IMG/VR virus record: IMGVR_UViG_3300022074_000031
Coordinates: 1,322 to 65,321 of that record
DNA from: a virus
Lineage: Duplodnaviria > Caudoviricetes
Strand: one strand, 5' to 3'
DNA: 64,000 bases
The translations under genes and the position numbers were made by a program. Every line of letters starts with the position of its first letter. The stretch's first letter is position 1. Positions 27,300 to 37,987 of this stretch are shown in pieces. The notes under the pieces are model-generated. The model worked only from the letters and a program-made list of their open reading frames with translations, ran no database searches and was not told where the DNA came from.

Positions 27300-30200
27300 G
27301 CTAAATCCTCCTCCACTAAATCAGTGATTGTAATCGTTCCGCCGCCAAATCCAATCGGTAAGCCAAATCCGAGCGGGGTAGCGAAGCCAAGCGTCGTCCC
27401 TGTCGCACTTCTCTTACGGACCAGCAATTTAATCTCTTTGGTGTCCACCGTATCAAGAAAATTAAACGAGACTTCGTGTGCGGTCAATTCGTCGCTTCTT
27501 AATGCGGCCTTTGTCTCCTTGCTGGCAATAAGCAATTCGGAGAACACATCGGATAGGTCTTTACTATACCTACCAAGTTGTAGTTTAATGAAACCCGATA
27601 TTTGATGTTCCATTTCTAAAACAATATATTCATTCATCTCTATGTTTTCTCTCGGTATGGAAACATTCACAATATCCCCAACCCTGAGTTGACTAATTCC
27701 TGTGCTATGCAAAGTGAAGGATAATTTTTGGTTCAATCTCGAATGTATTCTTAATAGTTTTGTGGCTCTCTTATCTACTTCTTCTTGAGTAAGTAAAGTA
27801 TTATCTACCACTTCTAAAGTCTTTCTTCCTCTTTTTTCTATTGAACGAAGGTCTTTACGCACGGCTTTGTGAGCGTTTCCATAAACATTCACTTCATTGA
27901 AAAAGTCAAACAATGTAGAAACTTTATCAAAGTCCGTGATGAAAAACTCATCGCTATCATCAATGGTAATGTTTGTTCTCAATGAGTCTTCATCTTCGGG
28001 AATAATCTTGAATACATTGTTTTCTTCAACGAGTTTCATATCCTTTCTATCCAGAATATATCGGATTGCAGAATACAAATCTACGCCTTGATAGTTTGGT
28101 GCTAAATACATTGGGGTATCTGTTGAAGTGGTTGTAAATTGTATCCCTTCCTGCTCAAGCAATTCGTTGATTAAATCTTCCCCTTCAAGACCTACGCTTA
28201 CTGTTGAACCAATACATGCTCTTGTTGGGTCAATTTTTAACTCTTCTCTTGTATTTAGGGTAAAGGTTTCGGAAAAACTAACAACCCCTTTCATGGTTTT
28301 CATATCGGATAAAGTAAGAATAATATCTTGCTCTCCAGTAAAATCAAATTCCGACTTAACTGTAGCCGACATTTTCATACTATTTTCTCCATCGGAAGCA
28401 AAAAGAGAGTGTTCTCCTTCTTCTAATATATCTAAAAAGTTTTCTGCATTTTTTACAATTAAGTGATTCTCATTATTACTTTGCTTATCGGGGTCAACAG
28501 CCACAAACATAGACAAGAAAGATTCTCTTCTTGGTCCTTCTTTTGTTGAAGTTTTTTCCTTTGTTCCTTCTACAATTTCAATATCTTGATTTACTTCATA
28601 TACTTTATTTTCTTCTGGCATTTTTGTATATTTTGATGAAAGCATATTCAAATGTATTTGTTCTGGCATAAAATCATAAAAGGTAGTTTCATTTGGCTTA
28701 AGTACACGATATGCCTCTTGATGGGTCAGTTGTTTATCGAGAACCAAGCGATGTTGCCTATCACTATCATTCCTAACAGTATGAGAAACAACATAAATTA
28801 TGTCTTGAGGAATGACTCCATTCATATTTCTACATGAATTAGTATTTTCATCTCCCGAATCTACAGCCGCCTGTAAATCGGTATCGTATCCTGCTTCTGA
28901 AATTAAATAGCAACCTGTCAAGTCTATGAAATCTATCCATCCAATACTTCCAGTATAAACTGCAAAATTATATTGATATAAGTCTCCATTGGAAGAAGAT
29001 ATTGTTGCTGTAGAATATCCACTAATTCCACTATCATAGTATAGTCTAGGTTTTATCCCAAACTTAACACCCGTTGCTTCATAGGGTTCACTACCCGACG
29101 CTGTTAATGTGTTAGAAGTTCCATCTGGATATTTATCTCCAAATTGATAGTTAATCGAAGTATTACCTAAGGTAATAAAGTTTGTGAAGTTATTTGTAGT
29201 TCCATCGTCAAAAATAACTTGATTTCCGATATTAAAAGGAATAGTTACTCCCTTTTCAATTGTATGTTTTTGCCCCTGTTCAATAGGATAAGTGTCTAAA
29301 ATTACTCCAATACTATGTTTAAAAATCTGTCTAACATTTGTCGAAGGAAATACCTCATCCATTGGCTTTGTTGGTAATGCTCTTGGTGTGGCGGATAAAG
29401 TCCCACCTGCGTTAGAATATCTATATCGTATCGGTGTAGAAATAATATCCTCATTTGTCATATTTAATACGCCATCATTATTGCCTTCCCAAACATCACC
29501 AGAATGAGATAGATAGTTATCAGTAATGATTGCACCTTTTTGAATATGTGCTCTATCTTTAGAAATAAAAGTATTTCCATCCTTAGTTCCTTCTAAGAAA
29601 ATAAGGTCTAATCTGCTTTGTTGGAAAACTGTCCCTACTGTAAATGTAGCATCATCATTTAAAATTGCGGCACTTGATAAAGTGATTGTTTTAGTTCCAC
29701 TATTATAACTACTGACTGTTCCAATTCTTTTATAGTTTGCATCGTAAAGAATATCTGTTGCTGTTGGTGGATTTGAAGACTCTACTGTATCTAAAATCAA
29801 AGTAGTAGTTGAGGCCGCTAAGGAATTTGTGATAGAAGTTGAACTCAATGTCCCAACAGCAGAAAATGTATATCCATTAATTTGGCTTGCGCTAAAGTAA
29901 TCTCTATTTTTAACAGTATCTTTTTCGGGATTAAATAAATTAAAATGAATATCAAAGCAAATCTCTGTTAATCTCATCAGTCCAAATCTTTTCAGAGTAG
30001 AAATGTCAGTATTATCAGTAATAGATATGGTTTGAAATGAGTTATCGGTTAATAATAGTTGATTACCTGAAGAAGTTTCCGTAAACTCTAATACTTTGTC
30101 TTTTAACTTACTATTTTCTACCAAAAATAAATTATAATTTATCAAATTTTTATTACCATCCATCAGACTATCTTTTCTTAATGACGAATATGGTAATAAA

Positions 30201-33200
30201 TCAGAATTGATATATAAAAATAATGTTGCTGCATTACTTACCTTTTGGCTTATGGAAGACAACAAAGATTCAGTCTCCGAAACGCTTGATGAAAAATCAT
30301 CAGGATATTTAGAGTCTTGATTTCTTCTAAGTCTTTCAAGACCAGAAAATAATGAGCCATATGCACTTCCAAAACCCCTCATATCAAAGTCCATGTGAAT
30401 ATCATTACCTGTGCCTGTCTTATCAAATTCATTTTTATTATCGGATAAAATATTTGGAGAAAATTTGTAAGCGACTGTAGAATAACTAAAGTTTGAATTA
30501 CTCGGATAGGTTCGTCTAAAACCATATACCGCATTACTTGGCTCTTTCAATAAAATATTAAACTGTCCAAAAGACATAGAAATTGTTTTGTATAGTGATT
30601 GTCCATATTTTTTATTTGTATCTGTGTTACTACCATAGATATTATCTATGTTTAAAGGGACTGGCCCAGTTGATGTTAGTTTGCTATGAGGCAAAGAAAG
30701 CATTTTTCCTCCCCACAAATGCGCTCCATTTATTAAAAATAAATCATGAGTGTCTTTACTCACAGAATATATTTTATGCCCTGCTGTTGTAGTAAAGTCT
30801 CTATCTAAATATAATAAATTACTTTGGTCAGCAGTTCCTCTTATCATCTTTTTTGTTCTAACAAATCCTGCAAAGGTGGCTGTTTCTGTACTCGCACCAA
30901 TAAAAACAGGGTCGTTTCGGTCTAAATTTTTAATGCCATCATTTGTGGCTTCAATAATATTCGGACTTGAACTATTAAGATTTGCGCCAGTATGCTCAAT
31001 GGTAGCCCTTTCTGTTAAAGTATATCCCTCAGTATTACCAAAATTAGGCATTTTTCTTCCCAAAGTGATAGGAACATATGGGGCTAATTCAATTTCTGTA
31101 ATATTATCTTTCTTTGAGGTAGAAACCACTTCAAAATCAATTAGAGTATTTACCGTATCAAAGGAGGACGACCCTGCACTTCCATGCTCGTCCTTCAATA
31201 ATGATTGGAAAGCAAAGTCATTTGAAATAGATGAGGGTTTATTGATTGCATAGCCAATCGCCCCCTCGCTTGTGTTTGCGCTCGTTGAGACTAAACTAGT
31301 GTCTTCTCCACCAAAGAAAATCGTTTCTGCTTCTGCGGCACTATTTGTTGCTGATGCGCTTATGGTGATTGTAGAGGTATCAACGACTGAAACAATTGCT
31401 GTTCCCGTAGGAATACCGCTATGGCCCGATATAATCATACCCGCTTCCAAGTCCGAGGTATCTTCTCCTGTTGCTGCAATGTTCACCGTAGTGTTTCCAT
31501 TTGTTGTTGCGGTTAAACTAACCCTCTTGATTTTATTTCCTGCTGTAAAAATTAATCCCTTATTTGCCGCCCCTGTAAGAGAAGTTGGTTTGTTGGTGGC
31601 AAGATGAGAAGAACCAAGAGCCTTTGAGAGAACATAATTTTTTTCTGTGGCGATATATATTTCTTCCGAGTTGGCTTCTGTTATTGCGGGAGTAATTTCA
31701 ATTCTTAAATTAACTGTTGCGTGAAATAGTAAATCTACAACTTCTCCTAAATATCCATTAACAGTAAATAACTTATCGCCAACAGCAGGGTAATTATCAA
31801 AATTAGAAGTTAAAGCAACAATACCTGTATCTACATAAATTGCTCCTAGAGCCACACTAAGGTTTGTGCCGGATTTAATGGAGGCTAATTTATTATACGG
31901 GCTATTGCTAGAATAAATAATATCTTCACTAAACAAGGTATTTAAATTCACAACTGGAGAAAGCAACTTGCTAAACTTGTCTCTTCCCTGAATCTCCATA
32001 ATAGTTTGACCGTCTTGTTTTTTATTTTCAATATTTTCTACTTCGCCGTTAAATCTCTCAATATGCAACTGATATTGCCCTCGGACAAAACTTAAAGGAT
32101 TTGCAGTGTAAGAATCATCACTAAACAAAAGAGTAATCATTCCCTTTGTTGCATCACAGGCAGTAATAGTGGCAAATCTTTCATTATGATTTAAAGAGGA
32201 AAAAGACACATACATTTTACTAAACCTATTGTTTAGTAGTGGGATGTCAAGCATAAGTGTCCCGTCTGTGGCGTTATATGCTCGCCTGTGGAGCGTTTCC
32301 CCGCTCGTTGGGGTGATTGTCTTCAAAGTAAATTCCCCTTCGCTCTCGGTCCGTGCATAGAGCCTCGTGCCATTATGCTCAAAGGTGATGGTCTGCGATG
32401 TTCCTGATAGACTACCTATGGTGTTGACAAGGATAATTTCATCTCCAAGTTTTACCTCATCCCCCGTGTTTAATACGGTTGCTAAATCGTATTCCGTATT
32501 AAAAGTAAAAGCCACGGAAGAAGAAGAGGAATCATAAGTAGCCTTCAACGCAAAGAATTCGTTTGTATCACCCCGATGAACGGTATGTCTTACACGATAT
32601 GCGTCAAATTCTTTTATCTTTCTCGGCATAATTCTGTTGTTATCAACAATAGATGTTTCTGAAAATCCACCCTTCCCATCAATCGCTTCTGTATTTATGT
32701 GGTCATAAACACCATGGACTAAATTTGATTTCGTCGGAGAAAAATCATAACTTAGGTATCGTAAAGGGCCGGTAAAGGTGGGAGAAGTAAGAATATCATC
32801 ACTCATTCTTCTCGCATTAATGTGGCTTCCTTGATAATTTGTTGTGTCTGTCGTAATCGTTGTTCCTTCGTTATAGGTGCAATTTGTGGCTTGTGCCGCA
32901 TCTAAATCTCTTAATTTATCAGTTAATTTTATCTTGTATGAAAACCTGCTGTAATCTACGACAGACTTACCAAAGTCTTGCATTGTAGTAAAAACTTTAC
33001 AATTATCTGCATTTGATAGAGTATAACTGTTGGCTGTGCCGCTTTCCCTCATAGCGTAAAACTTGCGATTATGATTTAACTCATTGGATTTGTCCATTTT
33101 ATCTGCATTGGTTTCTCTTGGAAAGAAATAAAACAGTGGTCTTGCTACTGCCATTCTTCTCCACAATTCTCCCTCAAAATCATTTGTAGTTTCTCCTAAA

Positions 33201-33667
33201 TCATTATCCTGAAGCATACCCATCGAGACGGCGACAACGCTCCCATTCTTGGTCATTTGAAAAATAATAAACTTGGCATCCTTTGGTATTTCATTTCCTA
33301 ACTTCGGTTCAAACTCAAAAGCATCGCCGTATTCGTCCTCAGTCAAAACTTCTGTAATTTTAGCAAAGTGATGTTGGTAGGGCTTATCAGAATAAATTAG
33401 AACAAAAAAGTCATTGTCATTTAGGTTTGTTGCTGTAGGGTTGAATCTAATTCCTGTTGTCGTCAGGGAATCATAGCACTTGATTCTAAATCCTTTTGTT
33501 GTGTTTAGATTGGAATTTTCTGTAATTGTTCCTCCCCAACCGGTAATCGCAACAGAAGTGTCTTCTGTCGTAATTGCAGTATATATTCTATCTCCGTCAG
33601 TTGGGCTACTGTCCTTCAAATAAGGATTTGTTGGGGCATTAAAAATGTCATCTAATGTCAAAGCCAT
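27296..33667 (-). CDS. very large tail/baseplate hub protein (2123 aa)
   Basis: ERFNGEVENI...EIQGRD hub-like segment, C-terminal LRVGDIVNV; downstream of tape measure. Confidence 0.7.
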   Translation of the reverse strand: MALTLDDIFNAPTNPYLKDSSPTDGDRIYTAITTEDTSVAITGWGGTITENSNLNTTKGFRIKCYDSLTTTGIRFNPTATNLNDNDFFVLIYSDKPYQHHFAKITEVLTEDEYGDAFEFEPKLGNEIPKDAKFIIFQMTKNGSVVAVSMGMLQDNDLGETTNDFEGELWRRMAVARPLFYFFPRETNADKMDKSNELNHNRKFYAMRESGTANSYTLSNADNCKVFTTMQDFGKSVVDYSRFSYKIKLTDKLRDLDAAQATNCTYNEGTTITTDTTNYQGSHINARRMSDDILTSPTFTGPLRYLSYDFSPTKSNLVHGVYDHINTEAIDGKGGFSETSIVDNNRIMPRKIKEFDAYRVRHTVHRGDTNEFFALKATYDSSSSSVAFTFNTEYDLATVLNTGDEVKLGDEIILVNTIGSLSGTSQTITFEHNGTRLYARTESEGEFTLKTITPTSGETLHRRAYNATDGTLMLDIPLLNNRFSKMYVSFSSLNHNERFATITACDATKGMITLLFSDDSYTANPLSFVRGQYQLHIERFNGEVENIENKKQDGQTIMEIQGRDKFSKLLSPVVNLNTLFSEDIIYSSNSPYNKLASIKSGTNLSVALGAIYVDTGIVALTSNFDNYPAVGDKLFTVNGYLGEVVDLLFHATVNLRIEITPAITEANSEEIYIATEKNYVLSKALGSSHLATNKPTSLTGAANKGLIFTAGNKIKRVSLTATTNGNTTVNIAATGEDTSDLEAGMIISGHSGIPTGTAIVSVVDTSTITISASATNSAAEAETIFFGGEDTSLVSTSANTSEGAIGYAINKPSSISNDFAFQSLLKDEHGSAGSSSFDTVNTLIDFEVVSTSKKDNITEIELAPYVPITLGRKMPNFGNTEGYTLTERATIEHTGANLNSSSPNIIEATNDGIKNLDRNDPVFIGASTETATFAGFVRTKKMIRGTADQSNLLYLDRDFTTTAGHKIYSVSKDTHDLFLINGAHLWGGKMLSLPHSKLTSTGPVPLNIDNIYGSNTDTNKKYGQSLYKTISMSFGQFNILLKEPSNAVYGFRRTYPSNSNFSYSTVAYKFSPNILSDNKNEFDKTGTGNDIHMDFDMRGFGSAYGSLFSGLERLRRNQDSKYPDDFSSSVSETESLLSSISQKVSNAATLFLYINSDLLPYSSLRKDSLMDGNKNLINYNLFLVENSKLKDKVLEFTETSSGNQLLLTDNSFQTISITDNTDISTLKRFGLMRLTEICFDIHFNLFNPEKDTVKNRDYFSASQINGYTFSAVGTLSSTSITNSLAASTTTLILDTVESSNPPTATDILYDANYKRIGTVSSYNSGTKTITLSSAAILNDDATFTVGTVFQQSRLDLIFLEGTKDGNTFISKDRAHIQKGAIITDNYLSHSGDVWEGNNDGVLNMTNEDIISTPIRYRYSNAGGTLSATPRALPTKPMDEVFPSTNVRQIFKHSIGVILDTYPIEQGQKHTIEKGVTIPFNIGNQVIFDDGTTNNFTNFITLGNTSINYQFGDKYPDGTSNTLTASGSEPYEATGVKFGIKPRLYYDSGISGYSTATISSSNGDLYQYNFAVYTGSIGWIDFIDLTGCYLISEAGYDTDLQAAVDSGDENTNSCRNMNGVIPQDIIYVVSHTVRNDSDRQHRLVLDKQLTHQEAYRVLKPNETTFYDFMPEQIHLNMLSSKYTKMPEENKVYEVNQDIEIVEGTKEKTSTKEGPRRESFLSMFVAVDPDKQSNNENHLIVKNAENFLDILEEGEHSLFASDGENSMKMSATVKSEFDFTGEQDIILTLSDMKTMKGVVSFSETFTLNTREELKIDPTRACIGSTVSVGLEGEDLINELLEQEGIQFTTTSTDTPMYLAPNYQGVDLYSAIRYILDRKDMKLVEENNVFKIIPEDEDSLRTNITIDDSDEFFITDFDKVSTLFDFFNEVNVYGNAHKAVRKDLRSIEKRGRKTLEVVDNTLLTQEEVDKRATKLLRIHSRLNQKLSFTLHSTGISQLRVGDIVNVSIPRENIEMNEYIVLEMEHQISGFIKLQLGRYSKDLSDVFSELLIASKETKAALRSDELTAHEVSFNFLDTVDTKEIKLLVRKRSATGTTLGFATPLGFGLPIGFGGGTITITDLVEEDLA

Positions 33668-34845
33668 TAATCATCCACCTCCTCAAATCGTAAATATAAC
33701 ACCGTATCATTCAAGTTTGGGAGGAGATTATTAACACCTACAAAGTCTTCCTTCCTAACATTCATAATACTCAACTCATGCAATTCTCCCATAAATTGGT
33801 TGTTTGTTGTTGCTGAGTTTGCTCCCGTGGACCCGCTACCGTTAGCACCGATAAATAAATCTTCTCCGACCATAGAGAATGATTCTGTTCTTGAATGTGT
33901 TCCTGTTTTAACCAAGCGACCATTAAAGAAGATATTTACAATCTTGCTATTATTATCCCAAGAACAAGCAATCTGATATGTGTTGTTAATATAACTTGGT
34001 TCTTGAATATGGCGAATAAATATGGCATCGTTAGTATTGATAGTGATTGGAGAAGAAGCACCCAAAGTAATGGCACTACTTGTAAAGGAAGAAATTGTTC
34101 CTATAGAGGTAAATTCTGTCCCTTGCCTCACAAACAATTCTGCGTTATTGAAGAGACTTCCGAAGTTGCTTCCGTCATAATTAACTGTAGCGCCGGAAGA
34201 ACCAGAGGTAGCAAGTGCTAATTTTCTATATTTTAATTTGCCATCCGTGTCAAAACCTTCTAAATCATTTGTAGAGGAAAAGTCAAATTGACCTCCTTCA
34301 TTTGGTAGAATGACTGCATCACTCGTGAAGGTTTCCATTGACCCTGTTCCTAATTTTATGCCAACCTTTATTTTGTATCTGGCCGGATTATTTTCATTAT
34401 GTAGCGTATCATTTACCAAACTTACTTGAAAGTTGGTGCTATGGAAAATTCTCATTTCGTGATTTTTACGATTCGCTCTTGGCAAATAAACTTCGCTTTG
34501 GTGATTATTCTGTGTTCCTGCCGTGTAAATAGATTGTTCCAATGCAGGCATAATTTTCTTGCTGGAAGACAAAATGCCTATGCCATCGCTATGAGTCTGT
34601 TTTGTAAGGTTGCCCGTTTCAGGAATAAATCCGTCTCCGCTTGTGCTGTGAGTCCCATAGCCGTTGATTTCATAAGGCGTCAAAATACACTCAAAGGTAA
34701 AGTTGTCTTCTAAATCCCAGACTCCGTAGGTTATCCCTGTCCCCGAGGAAACGATATTGTCGCTATAATCTATTGTCAAAAATCCATTACACATAATTGG
34801 AAAAACAAGCGAACGCTGTTTTCCTGTGAAAATAGAATAAGACAT
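33667..34845 (-). CDS. LamG/concanavalin A-like domain virion protein
   Basis: FTFECIL, IACSWD...IFFNGRLV, LFIGANG, FMGELHELSI, LYLRFEE. Confidence 0.75.
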   Translation of the reverse strand: MSYSIFTGKQRSLVFPIMCNGFLTIDYSDNIVSSGTGITYGVWDLEDNFTFECILTPYEINGYGTHSTSGDGFIPETGNLTKQTHSDGIGILSSSKKIMPALEQSIYTAGTQNNHQSEVYLPRANRKNHEMRIFHSTNFQVSLVNDTLHNENNPARYKIKVGIKLGTGSMETFTSDAVILPNEGGQFDFSSTNDLEGFDTDGKLKYRKLALATSGSSGATVNYDGSNFGSLFNNAELFVRQGTEFTSIGTISSFTSSAITLGASSPITINTNDAIFIRHIQEPSYINNTYQIACSWDNNSKIVNIFFNGRLVKTGTHSRTESFSMVGEDLFIGANGSGSTGANSATTNNQFMGELHELSIMNVRKEDFVGVNNLLPNLNDTVLYLRFEEVDD

Positions 34846-34854
34846 GATAAAACC

Positions 34855-35523
34855 TCAGGGCGTGACACTTGCTACGACAAATTCCATATTAAAAGTAACT
34901 TCTACTGTTTCGGCATTTAGTTCAAAACTGAAACTTTGAATAAAACCTGTAAGCCCAGTAGAAGTATTGGAGGTCGGAAAGTCTTTTGCGAATACTACGA
35001 ACTTATTGTCTTTTTCTAAAGAGGCCCCTCTTGACCTAAATGTAAGGGGGATTTGTGCGGTTAGTGTTCCGTTTGATAAAGAAGAGGCCGATGGGTCGCT
35101 CGGATTATCTGCCTGTTTTCCTCTATCAACATAACTCTCATTAACTTTAGAATCAATCAATACCACCAATTCATTAATTGCTTGGTATCTCGCCGCACCC
35201 GTTGAATCAACACCGGAAGCAATCAGTTGGGCAACTTCATGAGCAGTAAAGGTTAGTGCGCCGGAGGTGTGGCTTCTTGTTAATTCTGTTTCTAATATGA
35301 CCCCACTCAAAGAAATTCTTTTGTTTGACATTCCCAAGTCTAAAGCAATTGTGGAAGACTCGCCAGTGGCTAAACCGCTTAAAGGAATGGCGAAATTTGG
35401 AATTGTTTTATCTACGCTCACCGAAATGCTTTGCACCTTTAGAGGAATAATATCCTCAGTGGTGCTAGTGCCTTTATGCTGTTGTAATTTAAGATAAACA
35501 TATTCTCCGCCAACTAATGTCAT
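34855..35523 (-). CDS. putative distal tail/baseplate protein
   Basis: Directly after tape measure; DLG...ISLSG...GFIQSFSF...FNMEF tube-like pattern. Confidence 0.55.
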   Translation of the reverse strand: MTLVGGEYVYLKLQQHKGTSTTEDIIPLKVQSISVSVDKTIPNFAIPLSGLATGESSTIALDLGMSNKRISLSGVILETELTRSHTSGALTFTAHEVAQLIASGVDSTGAARYQAINELVVLIDSKVNESYVDRGKQADNPSDPSASSLSNGTLTAQIPLTFRSRGASLEKDNKFVVFAKDFPTSNTSTGLTGFIQSFSFELNAETVEVTFNMEFVVASVTP

Positions 35524-35527
35524 GTTA

Positions 35528-37357
35528 TCACCTCAATGTGCTAGAAGATGTGCTTCTGTTAATTTTTGAATTAATCATTCTACCGATTTCATCTGCCATT
35601 CTTCTCATTTCTGCCTTTGAAGAATCCTTAGCATTGACTGTAATGTTAAAGTTATTGACTGTGCCGCCACCCATCTTTCTTGAGTCTCTGTTAGAATATA
35701 CTCTTGAGCCTTGTGGTAATTTAACCAACTCTGGGCCTCTTTCTCCGACTACTTGCATACCCGAACCAACAACCCCACCATTAGCAAGGAACTTTAATTT
35801 CTTCAATAATCCACCAACAACTGCGGCAATAACAATACCTATCAAAGTAGGGATAGTGAAGAAGAATAGAGATATAGCCAGCAATACAACCCCTATACTC
35901 TTTAAGCGAGCCTCTATACTCTTTCCACTAGCAAATATACCAAGCACATAATCAAGAGCAAGGTGTGCCGCTTTTAAAGCAACCCCAGTTAAAAACCCAA
36001 TAACAGAACCTAAGAGAATGGTAAATACGCCCAAAGAAACTTGAAGAACGCCCCATATAATTTCCCAGAACCCTCCGAAAACCTTGAGCAAATCTCCTTC
36101 TACAAACCCGCTATATATTTCCATAAATCCATCAAAAATATCTCTAAAACCTTCTATTATTGTGGGCAATGTTTCTGTGAACATTTTTGATACAACTCCA
36201 AAACCAGTCATAATAGGTTTTTTAAGGGCATATATGAGGGAAAAGAAAATTGTGATGTATATTGTTGCCATGATTACAAACTTAAGTAGGGCCTTTGCTA
36301 ATACCTTTCCAAAGATAGAAAATGTCTTTTTTACATTGTCTGCTTTACCAAGAAACGCTCGTAATGAACCTCCTATGGCTTTTTTTCTTTCTATAGCATC
36401 TTTTATGGAAAAGTTTCGAGAAAGCATCCTACGAAGTCCACCGGGTTTCAAAAGTGCGCCAAATTGTTGTCCTCTGCTTCTAATAACTTCACGGTCGGTT
36501 CCAGTGGGGGAGCCGCTATAATCTGTATTCCTTGGCCTACCCTTTCCACGATATATGGTTGAGCCAGTCATTGCCGTTGTAATTGATTCAAAAGTAGGAA
36601 GTTTCCCTAATGCACCCATAACTCCTCCAACAAGAGTGGAGCCTAAACTGCTCGGCTTCATATCTGCTTCCAATGTTTTTATTGATTCAGATATTTCTTT
36701 ATATTTCTCTGTATTCTTGGGTGTCTTTTCTAACTGCTTTTTAAGAGTTTTAATCTGCTCAGTGTAATTTTGGGCATTTCTTGCCCCTCTTCTCGTAGCA
36801 CTACCTAACGCTTGAAGAACGGAAGCAAACTTGTTAATGACACTGAAAGTCCCGCTGGGCAGAAAACCATATGCAAATCTTCTAATTTTTGCCCCTTCTT
36901 GTCCTAAAATCGTAATTTCTTCTCTTGTTCCAGAAATAGCCTCTGCTAAAAACTCGAATGTATTTCCGCCTTGTCTCTTATATTCTCTTAAAGTTTCAGG
37001 AGAAAAGACCTCAAAAGACTTTCCTTCTTTGTTGAGTTTTTCAATGGTTTTTCCTAAAACAGTCGTTCTTTTGTTAAAATTCGTTACGACCTCTCCAACT
37101 CTGGAGATTTCTCTCCCCATAAAGTCCACTAATTTATTATTCTCTGCTATGTATTGACCTTGCTTTTTAAATGTTAAATTCAAGGCTTCTCTTACATTTA
37201 TATGTTCTTTCAATTCTCCGCTATTTTCCTTTACTGCCTTTTTAGCCTTATTTTGAAGAACAGTCATTTGTGCCAACTGTTCGTTCATAATAGCAAGTTC
37301 ACGAAGCAATGGGCTCTTGAAACTTTGAGGGTTTCTTCGTGGGCCTTGAAAAACCAT
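35528..37357 (-). CDS. tail tape measure protein
   Basis: Helical N-terminus, hydrophobic repeats, LANGGVV...VVGERGPELV motif; follows the tail chaperones. Confidence 0.8.
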   Translation of the reverse strand: MVFQGPRRNPQSFKSPLLRELAIMNEQLAQMTVLQNKAKKAVKENSGELKEHINVREALNLTFKKQGQYIAENNKLVDFMGREISRVGEVVTNFNKRTTVLGKTIEKLNKEGKSFEVFSPETLREYKRQGGNTFEFLAEAISGTREEITILGQEGAKIRRFAYGFLPSGTFSVINKFASVLQALGSATRRGARNAQNYTEQIKTLKKQLEKTPKNTEKYKEISESIKTLEADMKPSSLGSTLVGGVMGALGKLPTFESITTAMTGSTIYRGKGRPRNTDYSGSPTGTDREVIRSRGQQFGALLKPGGLRRMLSRNFSIKDAIERKKAIGGSLRAFLGKADNVKKTFSIFGKVLAKALLKFVIMATIYITIFFSLIYALKKPIMTGFGVVSKMFTETLPTIIEGFRDIFDGFMEIYSGFVEGDLLKVFGGFWEIIWGVLQVSLGVFTILLGSVIGFLTGVALKAAHLALDYVLGIFASGKSIEARLKSIGVVLLAISLFFFTIPTLIGIVIAAVVGGLLKKLKFLANGGVVGSGMQVVGERGPELVKLPQGSRVYSNRDSRKMGGGTVNNFNITVNAKDSSKAEMRRMADEIGRMINSKINRSTSSSTLR

Positions 37358-37361
37358 ACTA

Positions 37362-37562
37362 TCACTTCTTTATTCCTCTTTCGAGTTTGTCCATTTCTTC
37401 TTTTTCAATTTCAAGCATAACTCGATGAACAGAGAGTAAGTCCATAACAAGGCTCGTCGGCATTTGGTATATTTCAAGGGGGCTTATAGATAATGCTTTC
37501 GCAAGGGTATAAACAATTATGAGAGAAATGTCCTTAGGGGAACCCTGTCCCCCCTTCAACAT
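37362..37562 (-). CDS. tail assembly chaperone, frameshift extension (gpT-like)
   Basis: In the -1 frame relative to the upstream chaperone via A AAA AAC; SPLEIYQMP motif. Confidence 0.7.
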   Translation of the reverse strand: MLKGGQGSPKDISLIIVYTLAKALSISPLEIYQMPTSLVMDLLSVHRVMLEIEKEEMDKLERGIKK

Positions 37563-37567
37563 TTTTC

Positions 37568-37948
37568 TCAGTCTTCGTTTTTTTCTTCATCCCCCTCTAA
37601 CGCCGTGAACGGGTTGGGGAGAATGTCTTTGATTTGATTCCCAACAAAGGGAGTCAAGCGGAGAATATCAACCGCCGAGAGCGAGGGTTCTGTCTTGACG
37701 ACAAAGTTTTCAACCATGAATCTAAACATAGCGTTCAAATCTAATTCCATGTCTTGACGCTTTGCATCAATCTTCATCATGGCATTCATGGCTTTGTCCA
37801 CCTCAAGCCATGTAGGTTCTTTGACCCACACTTTGAGGTATTCATCACTTTCGGGTGCTACACGGATATAGTGTAGCGTAGGCTCAGTTAGTGCAAATAG
37901 CACGCTTTTGTCAGATACAATCTTCTTATCACTTAACATATTCTCCAC
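37568..37948 (-). CDS. tail assembly chaperone (gpG-like)
   Basis: Between tail tube and tape measure; slippery heptamer just before the stop. Confidence 0.75.
   Translation of the reverse strand: MENMLSDKKIVSDKSVLFALTEPTLHYIRVAPESDEYLKVWVKEPTWLEVDKAMNAMMKIDAKRQDMELDLNAMFRFMVENFVVKTEPSLSAVDILRLTPFVGNQIKDILPNPFTALEGDEEKNED
37577..37583 (-). other. -1 programmed ribosomal frameshift slippery site A AAA AAC
   Basis: GAA AAA AAC GAA GAC TGA; the -1 frame reads CGA AGA CTG AGA AAA ATG into ORF 37362-37562. Confidence 0.8.
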
Positions 37949-37987
37949 CTTCTAACCAACAAACAAACAAACGGTGTTGGTGGAATA

